From: Scenedesmus sp. PABB004
Taxonomy: Eukaryota
Assembly (NCBI GenBank): GCA_014905635.1
Contig: JABVCE010000022.1
Coordinates: forward strand, 186,001 to 250,000
Direction: 5' to 3'
Length of the DNA stretch: 64,000 nucleotides
The number at the start of each line of letters is the position of its first letter. Within the stretch, counting starts at the first letter, position 1. The notes beneath the pieces are model-generated. The model saw nothing but the letters and a program-made list of their open reading frames with translations, searched no databases and was not told the DNA's origin. The position numbers and the translations under genes are program-made. Below are positions 25,146 through 36,659 of the stretch, one piece after another.

Positions 25146-28100
25146 ATGTCGGCCGCGCTCATCCAGCGGCCGGCGGCGCCGAGCGAGCCGGAGAAGGCCT
25201 CCCAGAAGGCCATCCTCAAGTGCGCCGCGCCGTGCTGGACGAGCCGTGCCCAGCGCCGCGGCTCGCAGAGAGGCACAGCGGCGGCGGCGCCACTGCTGCT
25301 GCCGCGCCGCAGCAGCGGCCGACGCCGCTGCCGGCCGGCCGCCCACGCCCGCGCAGGCGCATCGTCGACCCGCATGGCCCGCACGTGAAGCTGATGCTGG
25401 TGCGCCCCGGCGGCCCTCAGGGCGCGCGCGTGGGAGCGCGCGCGGCGGCGAGCGAGCGGCGGCGCCGACGCCCGCCTGCCGACCCGCCCGCGCGCAGGGC
25501 CGTTGCGCGACGCAGTGGCAGCGCCAGGCGCCGTGGCTGCAGCCCACCATGGTCGGCGCGCTGCAGGTGCGCGGGCGCCGCCGGCGCTGCGCCCGCCGTC
25601 CGCGCCGCGCCGCGGCCGCGCCGTCTGCAGGCGCGCGTCACACACCGCCGCCCGGCCCCGCGGCCCCGCGCCCCGCCGCGGCCGCTGCGCGTGCAGGTGC
25701 TGCCGCCGCAGGGCTACCCGCAGGTCCCGGCGTCGAGCATCACGACCAAGTTTGTGCACGCCGCGGCCAACCGCACGCGCTGCGCGGTCAACTGCGTGAC
25801 GTGGACGCCGGAGGGCCGGCGCGCGATGACGGGCGACAACATCGGCCAGCTCACGCTCTGGGGCGCGGGGGACTTCAAGTTCGAGCAGCTCTTCCAGGTG
25901 GGCCGGAGGGCGGGGCCGGGTGCTGTCGGCGGGTGGGCGAATGAATGACGTGTGTGAGTGGGAGGGAGGGGACGGGGCGCGAGCGCGGGCGGCGGGCGCG
26001 GGGCGCCGCGCTCACGCGCCGCGCCGCGCGCCGCGTGGCCCGCCAGGGGCACGACAAGGGCCTTCGGCAGGTCACGTTCACGCACAATGGCAACTTCCTC
26101 CTCACCTGCGACGACACCGGCGTCGCCAAGGCGCGCCGCCGCGGGGCTTCCTTGGCTCCCCTGCCCCGCGGCGCGGCGCGGCCCGCGCGGGCTCTCCCTC
26201 CCCCCCCCCCCCGCGCGCGCGCGCCGACACTCCCCGCCGCCGGCGCGCGCCCACCCGCGGGGCCGCGCAGGTGTTCAAATCCAACCTCGCCCCGCTCGGC
26301 AAGGTCGCGGCGCACCAGGAGGCGTGCCGCGGGCTGGGCGTCGCGCCGACGGACGTCAAGTTTGCGAGCGCGAGCGACGACCAGACGGTCAAGGTCTGGG
26401 ACCTCGCGTCGCTCACCGCGGAGCGCACCTTCACGGGTGAGTCGGGGCAGCAGCCGCGCCGGCGCCGGCGGCGGGCGCGGCACGCGCGGCGGGCGCGCCG
26501 GCGCCGGCGGGCGGGCGCGCACGCGGGCGCGCGGGCGCGCCGCCGCGCTGCGCGCGACCGCCGCGGCCGCGCCCGGCCGCGCGCAGGGCACGGCAGCGAC
26601 GTGCGCAGCGTCGACTGGCACCCGAGCAGCTCGCTGCTCGCGTCGGCGGGGCGCGACGCGCTGGTCAAGCTGTGGGACGCGCGCGCGGAGCCGGCGACCG
26701 CGAGCCTCGCCACGCTGCACGGGCACAAGGGGCCCGTGAACCAGGTGCGCTGGTGCCTCAACGGCTCGTGGCTGGTGAGCGTGAGCCGCGACCAGACGGT
26801 CAAGGTCTGGGACATCCGGCAGGTCAAGCGGGAGCTCTGCAGCTGGCAGGGCCACAGCAGGTGCGGCGCGGCCACCTCCCGGGGCCGGCGCCCACGCCGT
26901 TCCGGCGCGCGCGTGCGCTGCGCTCGGAGGCGCCCGCTCACGGCGGGCCGCTCCGCCGCGCGCACGTGCGCAGGGAGGTGTTTGCGGCGGCGTGGCACCC
27001 GGTGCACCAGCAGCTGCTGGCGTCGGGTGCGCGGCGGCGCGCGTGCTGCCTCGCCGTGCCCTGCGCCCGCGCGCCGTCCCTGCCGCCCACGACCCCGCTC
27101 GCCGCCGGCCGCCGCCGCAGTGGGCGGCGACGGCGCGCTGCTGTTTTGGATGGTCGGCCAGCCGCAGGCCGTCGCCAAGGTGGAGTCGGCGCACGACGGC
27201 TCCACGCTCGGCGTCGCGTGGCACCCGAGCGGGCACATGCTCGCGACATGTGCGCGCGCACACTGCACGCAGGCCCCGGCGCCCGGCAGCGGGCCCTGGC
27301 GGCCCTCGCGCGGCGCCGCTGCTGCGGCGCCGCCGCTGCGGCGCCGGCCGCCGCGCACGCCGGCCGCCGCGCACGCCCTGCCCACGCACGCCGGGCTCCG
27401 CGCCGCGGCGCCCGCAGGCGCGATGGAGGCGTGCACCAAGTTCTGGGTGCGCCCGCGCCCCGGCGACCCCTGGCGCGACGTGATGACCACCGACGGCCAG
27501 GCGCGCGACGACGCGCCGTCGGCGGCGTACGCCGAGCTGCTCAAGGGCGCGGCCGCGGCGGCCGCCGCGGCCGGCGGCGGCACCGGCGGCAGCGCGGGGC
27601 CGCAGCAGCTGCCCGGCGGCATCGCGGTGCAGCTGCCAGGCCTCGGAGGCATCCCGGGCCTCGCCGCGCCAGGTGGGCCCGCGGGGCGCGCACGCGGGCG
27701 CGGCCGCGGCGCCGCCCCTGCCGCGGCCGGGCCGGAGCCCCCAGCCCGCGCGCTGAGCGCGCCGCGCCGCACCGCAGGCATGCACCCGGGCATGCAGGGC
27801 GGCGCCCCGCCCCCGCCGGGCTTCCCTGTCGCCGCGGCGGCGGGCGGCGCGCCGGCGGGGTCACAGGGCATGCCGGGCGGCGTGCCGCCGGGGATGGGCA
27901 TGCAGCAGCAGCAGCAGCACGTGGCGCAGCAGGGTCTGGGTCCGGCGCCGGGCGTCCACCAGCACCACCAGCACCACCACCACCAGCACCAGCACCAGCA
28001 CGCGGGCGCCAAGCGCCGCCGCGACGGCGTCGAGTCCGCGGGCAGCAGCCTGCCGCCCGGCCCGCCGTACGCCGGCGGCGGCTACTACGGCGGGCCGGGT

Positions 28101-28313
28101 CCGGGCCCGGGGCACCCAATGCACCCGGGGCACCCGATGCACCCGATGCACCGCGGACCGCCGCCGGGGCCCGGCCCCGGCTACGGCGGCGGGCCCGCGC
28201 CGCCGCCGCCGCCGATGCAGCGCGCGCCGCCGGGCGGCTACGGCGGCTACGGCCCGCCGCCGGGGCACGGAGGCGGCTACGGCTACCACGACGCCTACGG
28301 GCACCCGTACTGA
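25146..28313 (+). CDS. WDR33: WD40 pre-mRNA 3'-end processing factor (WDR33/Pfs2/FY) with Pro/Gly/His-rich tail
   Basis: SITTKFVHAAANRTRCAVNCVTWTPEGRR, GHDKGLRQVTFTHNG, HQEACRGLGVAPTDVKFASASDDQTVKVWD, GHGSDVRSVDWHP, TKFWVRPRPGD. Confidence 0.9.
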
Positions 28314-28618
28314 GCGAGGGGGCGCTCGCAGCGGCGTGGGCAGTCGTGCGAGCGGCGGTGTGTGACGGCCCGTTTGTGACGGCGCGCGGTTTTGCGAGCA
28401 CAGGCGCGGTTCTTGCTCACACAGCCGCCGGGCCCCGGCCACCGCATTCGCGCACGCCCCGCACGGCGGCAGCAGTGGCGGCAGCGCGCCGGCGTCGCGC
28501 CGCGTAAGCAGGCGCAGGCAAGGCCCCAGCAGCCCACACGGCGCGTTGTAGGGCCTGGCCACGTTCAGAGGAGATCGCCAAACCCTCGTGCGCGCCTCCA
28601 CGGCGCCCGTGCGGCGAG

Positions 28619-30068
28619 ATGGCAGGAGCAGCAGCAGCAGCAGCATCGCGCGCCCTCCCGCTGCCGCCCTGGGCGCTGCCGGCGCTGGGCCTCGCGCTGT
28701 TCGTGCACCGCCTGGTGCACCGCCACTTTCTGGCGCCCCGGGGCAAGCCGGGCCCCCGCGACGCGGCCGCGCGGGCGGGCGCGCGCGGGCGGGCGCGCAG
28801 CCTGCGGCGCGGCGCGCCGCGGCGGGGCGCGGAGGCGACGCCCGCGCCCGAGGTCGACGCCGAGGCACAGCGCCTGGACGCGGCGGGGCTGGGGTCGCAG
28901 CAGCTGGCGGAGTGGTTCACCGAGGACGAGGTGGAGGCGCTGCACCAGGCCCAGGCCAACCCGGGGGCGCTGCTCGACCTGCTGTGAGACACGCGCCGCG
29001 GCGCGGCGGGCCGCCGGCGCGCGGCGCGGCGGGCCGCCACCGCGCCGGCCCCGGGCGCCGCTGCCCGGCTCACCGCGCACGCCGCCTGCGCCGCGCCGCC
29101 GCAGCTGCGCGAGCAACCGCTTCCCCGTGCCACTGGCCGGCAGCGAGGAGGAGGGCGACGACGGCGCGGGGCTGGGCCTGGCCGTGCGCCCGCTGGCGCG
29201 CGGCGGCGGCGGCAGCGGCTCGGACGTGAGCGAGAGCAGCTGGCTCGACGAGCAGACGCTCGCGGAGCAGGCGCTCGGCTCGGAGGGCAACTCGGACTTT
29301 TTCGAGGGCGAGCACTGGCCCGAGTGGGAGGCGCAGCTGCAGCAGCAGCTCGCCGGCCTCCTCGCCGGCGCGGCGCCCAAAACCGGCGGCGGCGGTGGCG
29401 CCGACCTGCAGCGGCAGGCGCGGCGAGCCGCGGCGGCGGCCCGCGGCGGCGGCGGCGGCTGCAGCTGCAGCGGCGGCGAGCTCGTCGCGCCCGGCGGCGC
29501 CGCCGCGGGCGAGCCCCCGGGCGCGCCGGGCTCGGCGCCGGGCTCGGCGCCGGGGTCGTCCGCTGACTCGGCGCCCGCTGAGTCAGCGGGCGGCGACTAC
29601 TTTGACGATTCCACCTACTTTGGGCTGACGCCGCGCGCGCGCGCCGCGCCCTCGCCCGGCGGCGGCGGCGGCCGGCTCGACGCCGGCGGGCGCTTCCTGC
29701 CGGCGCGCGGCGCGCTCTACGCGAGCAGCTACCCGCCGCGCGTCGGCGAGGGCGGCGGCAGCGACGGCCTCAGCGAGCTGGAGTTTGACTGGGCGCCCGA
29801 GGGCGACGCGCTCGCGCCGAGCTTTGACGACCTCGACCCGTTGGGGCTCGACGTCGACTACGACCCCGGGTTTGACTACGACCCCGGGCTTGACGACGCC
29901 TTTGGCGCCGAGCTCGACGAGGCGCTCGCGCTCGACGCGCTCGGGGGCCTGCCGGCGACGGGGCTCGACGGCGGCGGCGGCGCGGAGCTCGCGGCCGCGC
30001 TCGCGGCGCTCGGCGCGCCGGGCGGCGAGGGCGGCGGCGCGCCGGCGTCGGCGTCCGTGCGGGCGTGA
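28619..30068 (+). CDS. Hypothetical acidic low-complexity protein with an N-terminal hydrophobic segment (2 exons)
   Basis: Exon 1 MAGAAA...PWALPALGLALFVHRLVHRHFL...ALLDLL, intron about 28984-29104, then a long GC3-rich acidic exon ending at TGA 30068. Confidence 0.6.
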
Positions 30069-30402
30069 GCGAGCTCGGTGGGCGAGCGAGGGGCGGGAGC
30101 GCCGGGCCGCCTGCCCACTGGCGGCGGCGCCGAGGGACGCGTGCGCGGGGGCGCGGGCGGTGGCGTCGCCAGCGCTGGTCAGTGTCACTGCCAAGAGCGC
30201 CGCGCCGCGGTCCGCCAGTGCTCTTTCCAGGGTCGGGGCAGCTTCTCGAAGCTCACGCGTGCCCTCCAGCGCCCTGCCGTCGCACCCAGAGAGAGAGAGC
30301 AGCGCGCCGAGCAGCGAATCGCGCGCGCCCACGCCGGCCCGGTGCACCGCGCTGTCAGCGAGGCCCAGCGCGAGACGGCCTTTCGTGAGCCCTGGAAACT
30401 GC

Positions 30403-31080
30403 ATGACGCACGCCAGCGAGCGATCGCGCAGCGGCGGCCCCGCGCCGGGCGGCAGCAGCGCGCTGCGCCAGCGCACGGCGCTGGCGGCGCTGCTGCTTCT
30501 CGTTTTACTGGCCTCGAGCTCTCGCAGCGCCAGCAGCACCGCTTGGCAGCTGCAGCCGCAGCGCCGCGCGGGCGTGCGGCGCCTGCTGCAGCAGGCGCGG
30601 CCGCTGACGCCCTCGCAGGCAGCGGCGGCGGACGCCGCTGCGCGGGTGGTGCTGGCGGCGCTGCCGGCCATCTGGGCGGCGCGCGCGCGCCGCGCCGCGG
30701 CGGCGGCGGCGCTGGCGCCGGCGCAGGCGCCACCGGTGGCGGCGTTTGGCGCGCCGCCGCCGGCCGGCTGGCAGCCGCTGCCGGCGGCGCCGCAGCCGCA
30801 GCAGCCGGTGGTCTATCTGCCGGTCAGCGCCACCGGCGCCGGCAACGGCGGCGGCGCGCCCGCAGGCGGCCAGCCGCTGGGCGGCGGCGGCGCCATCAGC
30901 GTGTCGACCTCCACGCCGGTGACGGTCGTCGCGCCGATCAACGTGACCACGCCGCTGACGCAGACGACCGTGCAGGCCGGCGGCGGCGGGGGCGGGCTGA
31001 GCGACGCCTTGCTGGTCGCGGCGGCGCTCAAGCCGCGCCTCGTGGTCGTGCCGATCCTGCTGCCGCTCGGACGGCGGTGA
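30403..31080 (+). CDS. Hypothetical secreted or membrane-anchored protein, single exon
   Basis: Hydrophobic ALAALLLLVLLASSS segment, RRLLQ motif, Thr/Val-rich SVSTSTPVTVVAPINVTTP and hydrophobic C-terminus. Confidence 0.55.
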   Translation: MTHASERSRSGGPAPGGSSALRQRTALAALLLLVLLASSSRSASSTAWQLQPQRRAGVRRLLQQARPLTPSQAAAADAAARVVLAALPAIWAARARRAAAAAALAPAQAPPVAAFGAPPPAGWQPLPAAPQPQQPVVYLPVSATGAGNGGGAPAGGQPLGGGGAISVSTSTPVTVVAPINVTTPLTQTTVQAGGGGGGLSDALLVAAALKPRLVVVPILLPLGRR

Positions 31081-31414
31081 CGGCGGTGACGGGGATCCAG
31101 GTGTTAACTCGCGCCTCCGGCGGCGGCGCAGGCGGACAGCGACGAGCCCCGGGCAGCGCGCGCCGCAGCCTGCCCGCGCCGCCCCCGCCGGCGCCGCCAG
31201 GCTCCCCCGGCGCGCGTGCAGGCGTGATTTGCGCCGGCCGCACCGTCTCACGGTCCCGGCGCTGGGCCCGCGAGTTGGCGGCGCTGCTGTCAGCCTCGGC
31301 GCGCTCAACCCTGCCGCTCGTGTCGGCGCCCGCGCGAGCGCGCTGGTCGCGCGTCCCAGAGCTCGGTGACAGTCCGCCCAGGCCGTCCGGCAGCTTGTGG
31401 GGCAGCCGGCGGCC

Positions 31415-34149
31415 ATGGCAGCGATGGCAGCGGCGGGCGCGACAGCAGCGGCGACCTGCGCCGACGCGACCATCGGGGCGCTCTGCGACGCTGGCGTGGA
31501 CGTCTGCTTCGCCAGTGCGCAGGGCGCTGCGCCGTGGCACGCGGCCGGCGCACGTAGCTGGCGCGCGCGAAGCTCCACGCAGCGCCGCGCCCCATGCCGG
31601 CGCAGACCCCGGGACGACCGAGATGCACCTCGCCGCCTCGCTGGACCGCCAGGCGCACCGCATCCGCTCCGTGCTGGGCCTGCAGGAGGCGGTCTGCACG
31701 GGCGCCTGCGACGGCACGCCGCCGCCGCGCGCCAGGGCACGCGCGGGGCCGCGCGCCCACGCGCCGCCACGCCACCGCGCCGCGCCGCCGAGCCGGCGTC
31801 GCGCCGCGCCGCCGCCGCCGCAGGCTACGCCCGCGTGGCGCGCCGGCCGGCGCTCGCGCTGCTGCACCTGGGGCCTGGCCTCGGCAACGGGCTGTGCAAC
31901 CTGCACAACGCGCGCCGCGCGGGCAGCCCTGTGCTCGTCCTCGTCGGCGACATGGCGACCTGGCACGCCGCCGCAGGTGCGCGGCCGCGGCCGCGCCGAG
32001 CGCGGGCCGTGACGGCCGCAGCACGGGCCGCCGCTGCGCGGCCGCTCATCCGCGCCGCGCACGCCGCGCCCGGCAGACCCGCCGCTCGCGCAGGACATCG
32101 CAGCGCTGGCGGGCACGGTGTCGGGCGCGGTGCTGCGCGCCGACGGCCCCGCCGGCGTCGCGCCGGCGCTGGCCGCCGCGTTCGCGGCCGCGCGCGCGGG
32201 GCCGAGCCTGCCCGCGCCCGGAAGCGGCCCGGCCGCCGCCGGCGCGCCCGGCGCGCGCTGCTGCCCCGGCAGCCGCGTGGCCACGGTGATCCTGCCGCAC
32301 GACGTCTCCTGGTCGCCCGCGCCGCCCGCGCCGGCGGGCGCCGCGGCCCCGCCCCCGCCCGGCGCGCCGCGCCTGGCCGACAGCGCGGCGGCGCGCGAGT
32401 TTGTCGCCGCCTGCGCGGCCGCCCTCAGCGCCGCGCCGCGCGGCAAGGCGGCGCTGCTGCTCGGCGGCGCCGCGCTGCTGGCCGAGGGTGCGGTCGCGCG
32501 GCCCCGCCGCCGCCGCGGGCGGGGGCGGGGCGCGGGCGCGGGCGCGGCGCAGCCCACCCCGTGCCGCGCCGCCGGCGCCCCGCCCCGCAGGCGGCGCGCT
32601 CGCGGCGGCGGGGCGCGTCGCGGCCGCGCTGGGCGCCGCGCTGCTGTGCGAGCCGCTGCCGGCGCGCATCGACCGCGGCGCGGGGCTGCCCTGCCCCGCG
32701 CGCCTGCCCTACTTCCCCCAGGCGCGGCGGAGCTCGCCTGAGCTGGCCAGCAGCTGGCCGCCCTGGGCAAGCAGCTGCTCGCCTCCAGCCAGCTCCGCCG
32801 CGCGCGCACGGGCGCGCGTGCGCGCTACGCGCTCGCCCCGCCGCCGCCGCCACGGCGCAGGAGGCGGCGGCCGAGCTTGCCAAGTACAGTGTGCTGCTGC
32901 TTGTCGACGTGCGGCGCCCGGTGGCGCAGTTTGGGTACGACCGCGGCCCCAGCCAGCTGCTGGCGCAGGGCGACGACGCGGTGTGGGAGCTGGACGCGAG
33001 CTGGGCCGCGGGCGAGGCGCTGGCGCTGCTGGTGGAGGCGGTGCCCGGCGCGGCAGGCGTCCAGCCGGGCGTCAACTGCGGCGGCGTGTTCGCCGCGCCG
33101 CAGCGCCCGCCGCTGCCGACGGGTGCGCGCGTGCTGCCCTTCTTTTGCGCCGCCCACAGCGCGCGCCGCCGCCGCCGCCGACTCCGTGCCGCCACCGCGG
33201 CACTGCCGTCGCCGGCCGCGGCCGCAGGCCCGCTGACGGCGGCAGCCCTGTGCGCGTGCGTCGCGTCGCTGCAGCCGGCGGACGTCATCGTGGTCGACGA
33301 GTCCCTTACGAGCGGCACGGCGCACTGGGAGGCCTCCAAGGCGCGGCCGTGGCGCCGCCACGCGCCGTGCTGCCGCGAGGCGCGGGCCCCCGCCCGCCGC
33401 CGCCGCCCGCCGCCCCGACGCCCGCGGCGCGCCGCCGCGCAGGGCTGCCCGCCGTTCTCGCAGCTCTGCCTCACCGGCGGCGCGATCGGCAGCGGGCCGC
33501 CGATGGCGCTCGGCGCGGCGGTCGCGGCCCCCGGGCGGCGCGTGGTCAATCTGCAGGCAGACGGCAGCGCAATGTACACGCTGCAGGTGCGCGGCGCCCC
33601 GCCCGCCGCCGCCAGCCGCCGGCTGCTGCTGGCCGCGCCGCGGCTGTGCGCCGGGGGCCGGGGGCTGCGTCGCCCGAGGCCGCCGCGCCGCGCCCGCCGC
33701 GGCCTGGCAGGCGCTGTGGAGCCAGGCGCGCGAGCGCGCGCGCGTGCTCACCGTGGTCTGCGCCAACGACGCGTACGCCATACTCAGCGTGCGCGCCCGC
33801 GCCTGCGCCTGCGCGCCGTCAGCCGCGCCGCGCGGCGGCGCCGGCCGGCAGCACGGCGGCGTGTGCGCGGCCGGGCGGCCGCAGCCGGGGCCCGCGCCGC
33901 GCCGACGCCCCGCCCGGCGCGGCCGCGCCGCGCGCCGCCGCGCGGCAGGTGGAGGCGGCGCGGCAGCGCACCGGCTCGCGCGCGCTGACCTCAATCGCCG
34001 GCCCGGCCATCGACTGGGTCGCGCTCGCCGCCGGCCTGGGCGTGCCGGGCGGGCGCGCGGAGACGTGCGAGGCGCTCGCGGGCCTGCTGCGCGAGGGGCT
34101 CGCGGTCGACGGGCCCTTCCTCATCCACGCCGCGCTGCCGCGCGGCTGA
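31415..34149 (+). CDS. Thiamine diphosphate-dependent enzyme, bacterial acetolactate-synthase-like / decarboxylase subfamily, 10 exons
   Basis: [16 protein letters not shown]...[17 protein letters not shown]...[21 protein letters not shown], and ThDP motif [20 protein letters not shown]...CANDAYAIL. Confidence 0.88.
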
Positions 34150-34382
34150 GCCCGCCGCCGCGCGGCGGCCGCCTGCGCGGCCGGGCGGCGGGCGCAGCGC
34201 CGGCGGGCGGGCGGTGGCAGGCGGGGGGGGGGGGGGGGGTCAGGGCCCAGCGCGCGCTTCAGGGCCCAGTGCGCGGTGGCAACAAGTTGGCGGCGCGTCG
34301 CCGGCCCGCCCTGCAGGCTTGCGTGCAGACCGAGCAGACCAAGGCCCAGCAGCAGCAGGCGGCCGCGCGCCCAACAGCAGCG

Positions 34383-35077
34383 ATGGCGGCGGCGCGCCCT
34401 GACGGCGGCGGGCGCGTCAACGAGCCCGCGCAGGAGCCGCAGCAGCAGCCCGACGCCGGTGACGCGGCCCGGGGGCTGCAGCAGGCGGAGGCGGAGGCGC
34501 GGCCGGCCGGCGGCAGCGCGGAGGCATCCAGCAGCGGCGCCGGCGGCGTCGCGGAGGCGTCCAGCAGCGGCGCCGGCAGCGGGCCGGAGCAGGGCTTCGA
34601 GGCCGCCCCCGCCTTCGCGGGAGCGCGCCCGGGCTGCTACTTCGGCACCGGGGCGCGGGGCACGGGCTACTACGCCGACGTGGGCCTCGCTGCGCGGCTG
34701 CGCGACGCGGCCGCGGCGGCGCGGGCAAAGCCGATGGTGCTCAAGAGCTCCAGCATCGTCAAGGGCCTGCAGCGGCGGCCCTTGCCGCCCGACGCGAAGC
34801 GCCAGAAGACGGCGGGTGCGGCGGGCGGGCAGGCGCGCGGGCCCGCCGGCGCTGCACGCGCCGCCGCTGCACGCGCCGCCGCTGCCCGCGCCGCTGCCGG
34901 CGCTCGCGCCGCCGCGCGCGCGGCGCCTGATGTCCAGACCGCCCCCAACCATGCGCCCCAGACAAGGGCGACGCTGGAGCAGCAGCAAAGACGCCGGCAT
35001 ACCTCAAGGAGATGGAGCGCTATCGCGCGCAGAGCTGCGCGTCCGACACCAAGCACGACCGCCCGCTCGTCAAGTGA
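34383..35077 (+). CDS. Small protein with TRIR/C19orf43-like C-terminus (2 exons)
   Basis: Intron 34816-34961 yields ...KRQKTADKGDAGAAAKTPAYLKEMERYRAQSCASDTKHDRPLVK*, resembling the TRIR C-terminal Y..E...Y....C.......RPLVK motif (recalled, not searched). Confidence 0.7.
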
Positions 35078-35663
35078 GGGATGGCGGGGCGTGTGGGGGC
35101 GTGTGGGGGCGTGGGGCGCGTGGGTGTGCGGGCGGGGCGGCTGAGACGCTGGCGCTGGGCGGCGCGCGTGGGCGGGCGGCGGGGGCGCTGGCGCGCCGGT
35201 GCGGCGCCGCCGGCGCTCGGGCGCGTGCAACACACGAGGCGGCCGCGATGTATCGCGCGCGGCGGCGTCGCCGCTGCTGCGGGGCGCGCGCTGGCCGTGC
35301 TCGCGCGCGCGCGCGCCGACCCGCCGCCCCCGCGGGCCAGGCTGCGCGCGCGCCGCCGCCGCCTGCACCAACCGCGACGGGCGCCCACCGCGGCGGGTGG
35401 CCGGGGCGAGCGAGTCGGCGGACGCGCGCTGAGCTGCGTGAGCGAGCGCAGCAGCAGCGCGGCTCGCGGAAGAGTGCCGCCAGTCGCCCGCCCGGCGACC
35501 CCGCTGCACGTGCTCCGGAAGCTCCGACGTCACACCAGCAGCGTTTGCGGGCGGCGCAGCGCGGCGCGGGCGCGCGCCCCGGCCACACACCGAGCCTGCG
35601 ACCCCGCGGGGTCGCGGCCGCCCTCGATCGACAACCTGCTCGCAACCCCTACGACCCGCGGCC

Positions 35664-36137
35664 ATGGCTCCTCCCAAGGCCACCGTCCTCCTGGCGATGA
35701 GCCTGCTGGTTCTTTTGGTGGCAAGCGGCGCGCAAGGTGCGCGCGGCAGGCAGCCAGGCTGGGCGGTCAGCGCGCCGCGCACGGCCGCAGCCGGCGGCGC
35801 GCTCAGGCCCCCTGAGCGCGCGCATGGATCTCTCGCCCAGGCACCCTCACTCACGCGCCGCCCCGCCGCTGCCGCCGCGCGCTCTCTCCTGCGCGCAGGC
35901 CGCGCCCTGCACGACTTGTCCGACGCCGGTGCCGGCACCCGTCGCCTGCTGTCGGCCTCCTTGGCCGCCACCGTCCGCCGCCTCCTGTCTGCCAACGACG
36001 CCGCTGGTGACGTCGACAACGCGGGGTCGCTGGCAACGCCAAAGGCAGAGGTCGCCCATCCCAAGGCCTCCCTGGCGGCCAACTACGATTGCTTTGGGGT
36101 ATACGGGTGGCTGCCGTGTCCCGACTCTGGTCGGTAG
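35664..36137 (+). CDS. Small secreted prepropeptide (about 103 aa after removing intron 35737-35898)
   Basis: Signal peptide MAPPKATVLLAMSLLVLLVASGAQG, two RRLLSA sites, C-terminal YDCFGVYGWLPCPDSGR*. Confidence 0.7.
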   Translation: MAPPKATVLLAMSLLVLLVASGAQGARGRQPGWAVSAPRTAAAGGALRPPERAHGSLAQAPSLTRRPAAAAARSLLRAGRALHDLSDAGAGTRRLLSASLAATVRRLLSANDAAGDVDNAGSLATPKAEVAHPKASLAANYDCFGVYGWLPCPDSGR

Positions 36138-36595
36138 GCCTGCCCGCTGGGGCAGCAGTGCACTGGGCGCCGCGGCGCGGCCGGCCGCCGTCCCTGCCGA
36201 GCACGCGGCCCCGCGCACCGGCATGGCGCGGCAGCGGCGCGTCGGGCTGGCGCGCGGCCGCGCGGCGGGGCGCCCCGGCGTCGCCGACGCGCGCTGCATT
36301 TTCGGGGCGCCCGACGCGCGCGGCGGCGCAATGCAGTTGGCCGGCGTGCACGCGGGGGCAAGTTGCGTTTGTGTGAATGTCAACAAACATGGTGATTGCT
36401 GACCGTCGCTGGGATCTGACCACGTCTGCGCGGCTGCCCCCGGGCCTTGCTGCCTATGCCCGGCGCTGGAGCGGTGGAGGGGTTTTTTCCAACGGTTTCC
36501 CACGGCGCGCGCGCACCAAGCGTGCCGCCCAAGGCCGCATTTGTCCTTGCCATGTTCCAATCAGTCCGCGTTATTACACGCGGTGTACCAACGTG

Positions 36596-36645
36596 TGTAA
36601 AAACAAGTGTAACCAAGTGTAAAAACAAGTGTAACAAGTGTAACC
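36596..36645 (+). repeat. AT-rich tandem array of five TGTAA pentamers (unit about CAAGTGTAA)
   Basis: TGTAA at 36596, 36608, 36618, 36630 and 36639. Confidence 0.85.
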
Positions 36646-36659
36646 ATTGCAGGCGGCAA

